This document shows, piece after piece, positions 49,551 to 61,200 of a stretch of DNA of 64,000 nucleotides. The DNA is from Camelus dromedarius (taxonomy: Eukaryota), in the NCBI RefSeq assembly GCF_036321535.1, contig NC_087436.1, positions 51,894,001 to 51,958,000 on the forward strand, written 5' to 3'. Every line of letters starts with the position of its first letter. Positions within the stretch are counted from its first letter, which is position 1. The notes beneath the pieces are model-generated. The model was not told the origin of the DNA. It saw nothing but the letters and a program-made list of their open reading frames with translations, and did not search any database. The position numbers were made by a program, and so were the translations under genes.

Positions 49551-52500
49551 TTTAAAGTAGCTGTAGGAATGTGCAGAGTACCAGTCCTTGATGAGAAAGG
49601 GAGGCAGTAGTATCAGTGTGTCTTTACCTACTGATGCTTCTGACCTGATGAAAATAAGTTAGATATTTTGTAGTTGACATTATAAATCATTTTCTCAGTA
49701 TCGCTCATTGATGCTTACTACATGTTTGTTACAAAGTGTCTGTTCCTCAGCATTTCAGAGTTGTAGAGGACAAAAACTATAAAATTCTGATATGTAAAAT
49801 TTATTAAAAAAAAGATTCCTACTAGGTATGGGTATTGACAGCCAGTTACTAGTTTTTTGCCTCAGTCCAGTTTAAAAGGGAGTATGATGAGACTGTGGTG
49901 CTGAGTGACTTTGGGGTGCACCTTGGGGACACTTGAATCTGTCGGGGGGAGCACTGTTCTGTAATGCTGGTGCAGAAGGAGCTGTGAGACCTATCGGCTT
50001 GTGCCCATTGTAAGACCTATACAAGTAACGGACCCCTAGATCTCTGGAACTGGGAAGAACCCCTGGGGTCATTCATTGGGATTGGCCTCTCACTGCTGAG
50101 AAAGCTGGGCAGGGAATTGCACAATTCCGCCTGAGGAGAGCCTGCTCCTTTAAGAGCTGGCCCTCCCGTTCCTGGTCTTACTACTTTGTATCAGCAGTGT
50201 ACTCTGGCTCCTGAAGTGGTGGAGATAAAAGTAAAAACAGCTGAACTAGTCAAACAAAGGAGCTATAATCAAAACATTATGATAAGGCATGAAAAACCAA
50301 TCTGAAAAATTTACCTTCATGGTTTTACTTAAAAATGAATAAAACAGTGTGCAGCAGACCTTCAATATCTGAGATTTCGGGCAGGGGCTCCTCATTGCCC
50401 AGACCACTATTCCTGCACAGAACAACAGGGGAAAAGGCTTGTGGAAGCTTCTGTCATGGTAAGTTATGTTTAGAGATTTCTGATAACAGCTGGCTATGTG
50501 TAGGGGGAGCTGGCATGGCTGACCCTTTCCCAGGACTGGTCACCCAGTGGGTTCCCCTTCCTGACAGCCCAGGCAGTTGGGCAATCTACCCTCTACATGG
50601 TCAAGTTATAGGGTTTTTAAAAGACCTTGGGCCAGCTTCCAACACCTTATATCGATCAGATGTGTTATCCTGATACAGCAGTGACATGTGCTAGGAAGCC
50701 AATTCATGGTGTCCATAAAGGAATCACTTAGGACATGGTCAATGAGTGTGAGGGTAAGTTTTCTCCATGCCTTAGGTTCTTCATTTTGAAATGGAAGCTT
50801 ATAGTTACTTACTATGTGATAGGCACTGTGCTAAAATAGATTGTGTTTATTATCTAGAATAAATCCTATTGCAACTCTAAAAGAAACAGATTAGAGAAGA
50901 TTAGGGAGGCTTAGGGATCTTGTCACTTGCCAATGTCACTGACAGAACGCAACCAAACTTTATTAAAAAGAACAGACCATAAGAGACAGTGAGGGAAGCA
51001 GCAATGTGTAAATATTTCCTGTTTTGTCATTTTATGTTATTTCACTTGCTACTACTTCCAAATGAGTGATATTTTGATAGGGACATTTTATAAGCTTCTG
51101 GAATGATATTGTGTCCAACTGTGCAAATATTAAAACTTTTCTAAAGAATCTCTCAGTGTTTAAATATATTGCTATTTCACATGCTCTTATTTAACTTCTA
51201 AACATTTCTACAGCAGACTTGTGTTATAGAAAGGACCCTTAAGAAGGACACATTCAGTAACTTAGCCATATGTCACTGTGAGTCATTGACTAATTTAGCT
51301 ATAGTTTTAAGTCTCCTAACTTAGATAAATGACTGCTTACTTATTCATTGGTACATAAATGTAAATTTTTGCATATGTCTGCAATAATAAACGTCAGAAA
51401 AGCTATCTTTTATTTTAAAAAAAAAGTTATTGGGAAACAAAACCAGAGTGATCTAGTTGAAACCCTTAGGAAAATGTGACTAAAACGCTTAAATAAAATT
51501 ACGTAGTCACCAGAATCTATAGGAATAATAGGGGAATGGGGGGTTCCATTTTGAGAGACTGCATACATTCTCCTAATTACCTCCTGATTATTTTTGAGGA
51601 GGTTAACCTAAAGAAGAATAAAAAAGATGAACTGGTTTATCAAAATCTGGAATACAGTGAAAATAGTTCATTCATTTTCTTTTTGTTCTTCCTTAACTTT
51701 CTCATTAAGCTGTTAAGGGCTAGGGAAATGAATAAAGAGTAGCAGGAGCTGGGGGACATGTGGACTATGTTAGACTCTAGATGAAAAATAAACTTAAAAG
51801 TTTGCATGTGTGTTACGTGTGTGTGTATACATACATTAAATGCATATATTTAATTATAGAAGCTACAATTAATACTAGCTGATAGGTAATTGTTAACTCC
51901 TGTCTTCCACTGTGAATGAGACACAAATAGAATTGAAAAGGACTTAAAAGTTACTTTAATTGAAATTAATTAAATTTTATTTGCAAATATTACTTTAACA
52001 AGGTTGGTAATTCTTAACAAAGTTTGGAAATTTCTCTCATGAAAACATCTTTAAAATATGTAATTTTATTTTTTTAAGATGAAACAGTCATTGTGTCTCC
52101 TCTCGACACGTTAGTCTTGAAAGACATAATAGTCCTTAAGAAATTAAAAACAGAAAACAAAAAGCAACCAGCTTTGCCTGTTTTCAGATCTGTTACAAAG
52201 GAAAACTCAGTGAGCAGGAACCATTCTTGAGGCCATGTAATTGCAAAGAAGTTTGTCTGAAATTCATAAGCTGTTGAGTCTTACTCATCAAGGTGAAAGA
52301 TCCCACTCTGTGGTGTTGGACTTGCAGAATTTGAGTCATTTTCTTATGCTTTCCTCTGGGATTCAGGACCAGTTAAGAGGTTTCATGGAAAGAGGTGGAA
52401 ACATCTTTAAGTCATTACAGTTGGTAATGTCTACATGGCAAAAGTTATTTGTAAATATGCTAATTATCTGGTTAAATTTATTAGTGTTGACAGCAGAAAG

Positions 52501-52972
52501 CTATAATTTAGACCCCTAAGAAAAAAGTTTAAAGCAAACTAATCATATTAAAGGAATTGCCAAATCTCCTTTCTGTTTTATTCTGTCTAGACGTGGTCTT
52601 AAATCATGAGATCTACAATGAGATTTTGAATGAGGGTGTCCAGTTTTCAAAAAGGAAATTTCCAGAAATGTTTAGAAAACATTATTTAGAATTCCATAAT
52701 AGCCTTAGACCATGTATATGCTTATGTTTGAGGTTTTCCAGCTGTGTGTGCTTTGTGTACAAATTAGAAAAATAGATGCCTATATTGATAAAACTCATTT
52801 GATTATTCATAAAAGGATTTAAGCCAGTAACAAATGAGTGAATATTCTTCCAGATAGGCAGTTCTTTCCCTGAAGTAATTGCCTGTTGGTACCATAACCC
52901 TACCTTGTGTATAATGGATATTTTGTATTCTGAGACCTAGATATTAGTTAAATTACTCTAATACTGTTTCCC

Positions 52973-53172
52973 CAGTGGTTTCCCGTGTGGCAGGGGTGGG
53001 GTGTTGACAATGTCTGGAGGCATTTTTCATTGTCATGACGAGGGCTGGGGGTTGGGTACTGGGGTCTAGTGAGTGGAGGCCAGGGATTCTGCTAAGCAGT
53101 GCCCAGGACAGCCCCCCAAAACAAGGAGTTGTCCAGCCCCAGATGTCAGTAGTGCCAAGGCTAAGAAACCCT
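52973..53172. mobile_element. MER20 (hAT-Charlie)
   Basis: cagtggtt start, gacaatgtctggaggcattttt, tctagtgagtggaggccagggattctgctaa, caggacagcccccc, gtcagtagtgccaaggctaagaaaccct end all follow the MER20 consensus. Confidence 0.88.
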
Positions 53173-55821
53173 ACCCTGTCTCTCTTTCTCTTCCTTGCCA
53201 TATAGATATTCTTTTGATCAGTATTTATTTTTTCATTAATATTCACAAAAATATACTCTTAGAAGTTAGTGGTATTAGAGACTAAAATTTAGGCCTTAAT
53301 GAAATAAATCACTAAATCCGCTATTTATAGGACATAAAATTTTAGCATCTAAGCATGTGGATATAAAATTATAATACTAAAGTGTTCCTGGAAAAAAAAT
53401 AGTACAGATTTGATAAAATTTAGTATGTGTCCGGGAATTATATATTGCTAAAGCTAGATGGGCCTCAATGATCATCTGATTTGATGGTTCATGGTTGAGA
53501 TGATGTGCTGACAGCATCACTGCTTCAGAATGACTTGAGGAAATAAATGCCTCCCTCAGAAAGAGAATACTTAGTGTCCCACCCTAACATAGCACTTTCT
53601 ATAAGCTCACTCACTTTTCATGAGTGGTTCCAATGCCCTTACTCCCATTCCCACTCTGCTTCCTCTTTGAGAACCACTGCTCTTGCTGCCCCGTATTACA
53701 TGGAGAGTCAAAGATGGTATGCTGGCATCCCACAGGTAACATAGTCTTAGTTCAGTGGCTGCTGAAATCAGATCATTGTTTTTTCCCTATTGCTTTAACA
53801 GACCTGCTTTTAAGATGTTAAAATATTGATTTTCCTGTCTATGTACATTCATTCTTCTTATGCATGTAGTATGGCTCATAGGTGCCTGCCAGGGCCAGTG
53901 CTAGCCTCTGAGAACTCAGACATTGTCCCTGCTCTCTTCGAGCGGAAGAGAGACAGCATAAAACAAATAAGTAAATGCAATGAAAGCAAAGCTGTAGGAA
54001 TGTTTAACAAATGGGGAATGAAAATACTGAACTGTGAGTGATCTAGCAATAACTCGGATCATCTGAGACCCAAGGAACTGAAGTGACTTGCCCGAGTCAC
54101 CTGATTGCATGTCTAGATGGGGGTGAAAGGAAGGCATGGGCCTCTGGGGGCAGTTCTGCTCTCCTTCCCACTCCGTGCTAGCAGACACGCAGGCTGGCAA
54201 AGGAGCATCTTCTAGATGTGGGAAAACAGGGGGGAATATACTGGGGAGGAGGGGGCACTGCAAAGAGAAAGGAGCAGCACTCCTTCTTTTCTTAAGAGGA
54301 CGCAGCCATGGCTGGGCTGGTCGGTGTCCCTTGGAGGTCTGAAGAATGAAGAGCTCCTGAGCTTTTCTCATCCCTGGGACCGGGCTCTGGTCTGTCAGTC
54401 GCTGCCCAAATTGTCTTACGGAAAAGAGGAAATGTGGGAAGGCGAAAATAGGGCTTATGATATCGCTGGAGTGGAGCCAGGAAGTAAGTAAGGAAAATAC
54501 TCAAGGCCAGCGGGATTAGAATGGAGAGAAAACCAGGGCACCTTTCCATGCTGCTTACCCTTTCCTGCCCTGAGCTTCGGAATGCGCTTGCCCACAGTAC
54601 ACATTGTTACAAGTGTGGGTTTTGTTTCTAGACCGGCTTCCCGCAGCCTCCTTCACCCAAAATATGTTTTGACTATAGCACTAAGAGTACTATTGTACCA
54701 AAATTTTCATATAACATTTTGAAATAGTAGATGAGATTTGGGCAGTATGGTTAGAAAATTGATTTATCAAACTTGTAAATGATAGCCTATGAATGACCAC
54801 GTAGATTTGGAAAAAGATTTTTAAAACATTCAGATTTTATGATACAATACATGAGATTATCACATGGAAAAACACTTCAGCACAAACTAGATTCACTGTT
54901 CGCCATATGGGAAAAACAGTTTTTTCCCCTTTGAATCACATCAGCTCTTAAGAATTCATGAAATTTTGTTCAGGAACATACTGTGCGCCCCACTCCCTCC
55001 CCCCGTTTTGGGTTAATTGTTGTTTGCTCTGTCGTAAGGACTAAAAGCTGTACTTAGTTCATCATCCTTTTAAAATTTTTTTTCTAAATTGAGAACAGCC
55101 TGATTCAGGAGTATTGTGGCAGTTGAAATTGTCTAACTCATTGCCACCGTGTAGTGACTCCTGTATATGGCGCTCAAAAGTGAAATTCTCTAAAGTAGTC
55201 ACTTCTTTGGCTCCTAAGAGAACTCCCACTAGTGAAAGCAAAGCCGGAAGTTGTTTCGACCCACAAAAAGAGGCTGATTTAGAGGCCACGTGGAGATGGC
55301 TTGGGAAGAGGCGCCTGTACTCATGGCCTTTAGGATGAGCAATTCTGATAAGCATTCAGCTGTCAAAACAGATAAGAGAAAATGAATACTCTGTCAAAAA
55401 GCAATGAAACTTAACTAGGGCTAGATATAGCACCTATGGTCCTTTAAAAAAGTTTGAGAACAAAACACCCAGATATGAATTTAATAAACATTTATTGGAA
55501 GACTTATTCTCTATTATATAGCAAAAAGTTGGGGAGATTTATAAGAAGAATAAAATATTTATAAAAGCATCCTTTTATAACAAGGATGGGACACAGTTCC
55601 TGCCCTCAAGAACCTTAGAAACTTTTAGGGGAGAGATGCTCCCATGTTGGGGGCTGGGTATACGTAGGACTATAAGTTGATACCATCAGTGGTTGTGGAG
55701 GAAGTGAGGGGAGTTGTGGGCCATCTGAAGGACATATTTGATCACCCACCCTTCACTCTGCCATTGTCTCCTCCACATCATTCTGTTCAAGCAGCCGTTG
55801 GTCTGCATTTGCTTTTGCAGC

Positions 55822-56060
55822 AATTTTTTTAACATCTTTATTGTGGTACGGTTCCTGTACGGTAAACTCCACGTTTCAAATGTACAATTTGATGAATTTT
55901 GGTAGATGTAGACACCAGTGAAACCACTGCCACAATCAAGAGAGTTAACATTTCCGTCACGCCCCAAGAGGTGCAATTTCAAATTCCCCGTTTATCCCTT
56001 TCCACCCCCTTTACTCCCTGGTAACCATAAGTTTATTTTCTATGTGTGTGAATCTGTTTC
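55822..56060 (-). mobile_element. L1 (L1MB/L1MC-like) 3' end fragment
   Basis: tttattgtggta...aaatgtacaatttgatgaattttgg...gtgaaaccactgccacaatcaagagagttaacatttccgtcacgccccaa. Confidence 0.75.
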
Positions 56061-56414
56061 TGTTTTGTAGATAAGTTCAATGGTGTCCTTTTTTTTTAAC
56101 TAAGATGATTGTTTTTATTATTATTCTTTTTTGAAGTGTCCTTAAGAATGAGGACTGTACCTTAGTAGTTTTCTTTTTCTCAATGCCTGTCAGGGCCTGC
56201 TAAATGTGTATTTAATGACTGAATGAACAGTGAATGAGTTAACAGGTAAAGCTTTGTGAAAGAGATAGGGAAGTAGGCTATGAATTGTCAGAGAGGTGAG
56301 GCTGGGAGTGGAAGGTAGAGGAAATATTCCAAACTCAAACAAGGTCATACCGATGAGCATGATGTGTTCTGGGAAGACTGTATTATATTTATGTAGTAAA
56401 TTGGAATGCATGTC

Positions 56415-56950
56415 AGTACAGACTCATTAGATTGCAAGTGATAGGAAACCCAGCGCAGAGTGGATGAAACAACATCACAACAGTGACTCTAACTTTTCCA
56501 AATGAGGAAATGGCCACTAGGAGAAATCCTGTTAGTGAAAGCAAAGCAAGTTGTTTCTCTCCACATAGAAGAGCTGATATAGTTGATTTAGAAGCTCATT
56601 AATTTTTTTTAAATTTTTATTTTTTGATAAAACACAAGCTCTATTCAGTGGTAAAAGACTGGAGAAGGGAGAACATAGAATCAGCTTCTCCGAGGCTCTT
56701 CTTGCCTGAAGCAACTGCATTGCCCAGTCAATGGTCAGATCTTTGGAAATCAATTGAACCAGACAGTCAAATGATGTCACCAGTGCTGGTACCTTTGCTC
56801 TCTTAGGCTCTGCCTTTCTACCTTGATGGCTTTATTCTCATGATTGCAAAATGGCTACAGTCGCTCCAAATCTTACATGTTCGCACCAAATACAGTGGTG
56901 CTTGCCTGCTCCAGTGTCTCTTGTGTCTGAATGACTCTGGTCTTGTTATC
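56415..56950 (-). mobile_element. MLT1 (K/J-like) LTR fragment
   Basis: ttagattgcaagtgataggaaaccc at one end, and ctctgcctttct...gctttattctcatgattgcaaaatggctacag inside. Confidence 0.6.
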
Positions 56951-56999
56951 CGCATGTTTCAAAGCGAATCACTGTTTCCGGGGAGTTGGGCTATGCTCT

Positions 57000-57500
57000 T
57001 TGGCTTTTGCCAGACAGGCTTATTACATGGGCCAGTATTCATCCACTGTCTGCATGTTCTCTTTTAGGTGCTGGAGATGGTATTTCAGTTGCAACCGTGC
57101 ACCTCCACTCTCAGTGCGGGCATTCTCTGTGTTCCTTCCTTCTTTCATTTTTCTCCACAGCACACATTACCTTCTAACACACTCTATATTTTACGCTCCT
57201 AGTGGATTGTCTTTCTCTTCTTGTTAGAATGTGAGTTTCACCAGGGCACACATTTTTACCTGTTTTCAATACTCTATACCCTTTTCTAGCATACGTAGGT
57301 GCTCAATAAATATTCTTTGGTATGAATAAAGGAATAAAGAGACAGTGCCCTTTCTTAAGCTTACATTCATGTGGGAGAAGACATATATTAAGTAAGTAAA
57401 CAAGAAAACAGCAGTAAGTGATAAGTATTGTTAAAAATAAACATAGCAATGGGATAGCAGATGCGGGAGGGATGTTTAATTTGGGTGGCAATTCCACCTC
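57000..57500. mobile_element. Two L2 3' ends in opposite orientation
   Basis: Plus-strand terminus tagaatgtgagtttcaccagggcac...gtaggtgctcaataaata followed by a minus-strand block acagtgccctttcttaagcttacattc...aagtaagtaaac. Confidence 0.55.
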
Positions 57501-58551
57501 GATTGTATGGCTGATGACAGGCATGGATCACCACAGGAAACTGCTGTGAATGCACCAGGCAAACTGATACAGAAATGACAGAAGTGATGTTCCTTACAGA
57601 GGGTGTCTTATGGTTTAATCAAATTAGTAATACAGTTATACCCTTTAGAGAAGCCACTCTTTCCAAGATTTTTGCTAGTTTCTTCCTGGCAAGCCTTATG
57701 AGCTTTTGCTGACTTGTAACTCTGTGTTTCTCATTTCTTTCGAAATTGTCCGTCACTCTTTTGTCTTGTTAGGAACAGTGTTGGTATTCTGCAGTCTTGG
57801 TTATCCACATGTGGGTCACACGTTTCTGATGTCAGGCTAGCTTCCTTCTTAAACATTTCCTTGAACCGCCCTAGCAACGTGATCTTAGGGCATGCAAGGC
57901 CATTTTATTAGTGATCTTAAACGTAGTTAGGAAGGTAATTCTGATACACACACATACACACACAAACCCCAGTGTTTAAAATTTGGGGATTATCTATTGT
58001 TTTAGGTTATCCATGAGTGATAGTTCACTGAAAATTGCTACAACACTTAGTGATGTTGCTATACTGAATGTATAACTGGAATCAAGTGATATTTAAGTAA
58101 GAGTTATATTACAAAAGGCATAGAGGCCACATTATAAGCTCATACTTGAAGACAGGGAGAAATTTAGTGTTCTAAAATGAAAGAAAAGTTTAAAAGTCCT
58201 ACATATGTACATACATGGTTATATATACAAAAGAAAAGGTATGAAAAGATATACTCCAAATTGTTAATAGTCCTCATATCAGAGAGTCGGTTTTAGGAGT
58301 TGGGAGAATATTGATTTCACTTTAGACTCTGGCGAATGTGTGTTCAAAATCTATCTAGAAGTATGCATTATTTATTTAATTCCTAAAAAGTGGAAAAAAA
58401 TTAAGAGCATTTAAAAAATTGACTACAGAGCTGTCTCAATACTGAAATAATTGCTGGATATTTTGCTTTACTTTAACCATTCCTGATATTATAAATAGAT
58501 ATGAACATTGTGTAAAGCAGTCAGGCATTATAGTTACTAAAAATTGTTTAT

Positions 58552-58711
58552 GGGGAAAGGTATAGCTCAGTGGTAGAGTGCATGCCTAGCATGCACAAGG
58601 TCCTGGGTTCAATCCCCAGTACTCCTCTAAAAAATAAATAAACCTGATTACCTCCCCCCTACACAAAAAATAAAATTAAATTAAAATTTTTAAAAATATT
58701 AAAAATAAATT
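58552..58711 (+). mobile_element. tRNA-Ala(AGC)-derived SINE (camelid vic-1 type) with A-rich tail and 11-bp TSD
   Basis: ggggaaaggtatagctcagtggtagagtgcatgcctagcatgcacaaggtcctgggttcaatccccagt keeps A and B boxes and an AGC anticodon-like loop. An A-rich tail follows. aaaattgttta flanks both sides (58540-58550, 58712-58722). Confidence 0.9.
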
Positions 58712-59501
58712 AAAATTGTTTACAACCTTTGATTCATTAGGAAGAAATGATTCAACTGAGAAAGGGAACTGTATTACATGAAGTTGCTTGTTGCAGGTTT
58801 CGATACAATGGGAAAAAAATTATTGGGAACACCCTGAGTGTCCACAACAGAATAATTGAAATTATGATCATCCACCCCAAATGACAGTGATTCCACTATT
58901 TAAAATGATAGCCTCTTCTGTAAGAAGACAGTGTAGAAATAAGTAACCAAGTGAATAAATAGCTTATTAAATTTGTGGAATATTACGGAATTCTTAGTGA
59001 AATTATAACTATAAATATGTGGGGCATATGGAAATGATTATAATGAACTATTAAGTGAAGATACAGCATACAAAATGATAAGGGAACCATGATTACATCT
59101 ATGCAACCAATAGGTATTTTGACATATAAAGATGAAGGAAATATGAAAGTAGAAATGCAGCTTCTAGATTGGAGCTCTTTTTGTTGTAATTGTGCTTCAT
59201 AGGTATATTTTAATGTGGATCTATCTTTTTAATAGAATAGGATTGGCATTAAATTTATGATGGTGGTTTGTAAAAGATAGCATGCCCTTGTCATTTTCCT
59301 TTTTTTAAAAAATTGAAGCCAGCAGGTAAGAGCTTAAAGTTTTTTAGTCTTATCTTGCACCACTGGGGAGTGACATATTTGTTGATGACTGACCCTCACT
59401 TTCAGGATTTCCTTTTTGCAGCCAGGTTGAGAGGAAATGCCTCAAATCAAAAAGGGGAAGGAGGAGGGGACACAAGGCACTCTATTGTGTGTGATTGTGA
59501 T

Positions 59502-59527
59502 TGTGTGTGTGTGTGTGTGTGTGTGTG
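59502..59527 (+). repeat. (TG)13 microsatellite
   Basis: Read directly. Confidence 0.95.
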
Positions 59528-60645
59528 AGATCTAATGGGTTAAAACATTGCCTCAGCTTGGATTATTTCTATCCTCAGAACAGCGTATAAACATTTTTGG
59601 GAAAAAAAGCTAAAATGTTTAGACAGCTGCTTCCTTTATTTTTTTAAATATACAAGTAATATTTTTACTACCTCACAGTCATCATCATGCCTTTGTGACT
59701 AGCATGCTTTTGACTCCTGTATACCCCTTAAATTTATTTCTGCTTTTGGTAGCACTATTTTGATATGCCCCTTTCATCCTTTTTAAAAATATTGTTATCT
59801 ATGAATTTGTTTGACCTTGGGTACCTAAAAATTGAGGTGACATAAGAGTGATGAATGTCAAATTTAGTGTCCTATATTGATGTTAAATGGTATTAATTTC
59901 ATATTTAGTATTTTGTGTTGACAGCTTGCAGTCTCTTTTTCCAGGGAGAAGGTGAGTAACCATTATTTTACCTCAGTAAACTAAATGGCCTTTATATATA
60001 AACTGACATGTAAAAAAGGGGAAGATTAATGTCCTTTATGTGTAACCCTGCAACACCAAACATTCTATGCACTTCAGTTTTTCAGCCTAACACCTGGCCA
60101 CCTCAGTGGTTTATTAATTCACTGATTCATGTGGTTGGAGAGGTGAATTCTGTAGCTCCTTGAGATGTAGCCATAAGCTTCTGTTGCCTCTTTTGCACTG
60201 TTGGCCCTCAGAACTTCTGGCCACACCATGTGCTTTGCTTCCCCTGGATTCCTTCGGCTCCTATTTTTATATCAGATTCTACTTTGGTTGCTGGCATGAC
60301 TTTCGCCTGGCAGGGCAAAGGGCTTTCTTGAAGGTGACCATCTCCTCAACCTGTCTGACTTCGAAAGTCCAGGCAAGGAGGGAAAAAAAGGTATTAGGCG
60401 GCTGGAACTGGGCTCTTGGAACTGTTTTTCTCATTGGCCTTTTTTGAGATTACTTAGAACTTAAGTTACCAACCATTGATTAGCAAGATAACTTTCAAGT
60501 TTGTCTTGGGACAAATTTACCGAAAATATGTTTAGGCACTTTCCCCACATTGGTTTAAAAAGTTAATAGACAACTAGCTCTATTATATATTTATTTTTTT
60601 ATGCCACACGATCCCTATATCTTGGAAAAGCAAAATAAATAAATC

Positions 60646-60702
<57 letters not shown>
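60646..60702 (+). repeat. (AAT)19 microsatellite
   Basis: 57-nt perfect run. Confidence 0.97.
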
Positions 60703-61112
60703 TCTGTGCCTGTACTAATTGAAATGGTAAGCCTCTTGCTTGCCCTGGGTGTGGAATGATGGGTCCTTTAAGCAGAAGACTCTAGAGTTGACTAGGAGCA
60801 GAAGACAGGCTGTCCAGGGCACCTGTGCTTCATACTCCCACACGAAGGGCTGGACTACATTCTAAGAAAATTAGACTTTTTTTGGCCACTGTTTTTATCA
60901 GAACCTTGTGTTTCCATGCTGACTATTTTCAAAACAAGATCTCTGTCAAGAAGATCATCAGTTCTTTCTCAAGACTCTCATTTCTATTTCTTTTGGTGGT
61001 TCAGCGCTGAATGTATATGTTAAAAGGAGTCTAGAAAAATGTGACTTTTCAGTCACATTTCTAATGTTTCTAATACTTCAGCATATTTAAATGTCTTTAA
61101 AATAATGAGGAT

Positions 61113-61200
61113 GGGGGACAGTGATAGTTCAGTGGTAGAGCACATGCTTAGCATGTGTGAGGTCCTGGTTCAATCCCCAGTACCTCCATTAAAAAAGAAA
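61113..61200 (+). mobile_element. Second tRNA-Ala-derived SINE (vic-1 type), more diverged
   Basis: gggggacagtgatagttcagtggtagagcacatgcttagcatgtgtgaggtcctggttcaatccccagtacctccattaaaaaagaaa. No clear TSD. Confidence 0.85.

Noticed and set aside
61037-61060. Perfect 10-bp hairpin aaatgtgact-tttc-agtcacattt
   Set aside because: Too short for a pre-miRNA, and a stem of this size is expected about once per window by chance. The same applies to several 7-8 bp stems (36494, 62770).
58552-61200. Two tRNA-Ala(AGC)-like sequences as genuine tRNA genes
   Set aside because: Altered 5' ends and acceptor stems, A-rich tails, a TSD on one copy and a T-arm deletion in the other indicate SINEs.
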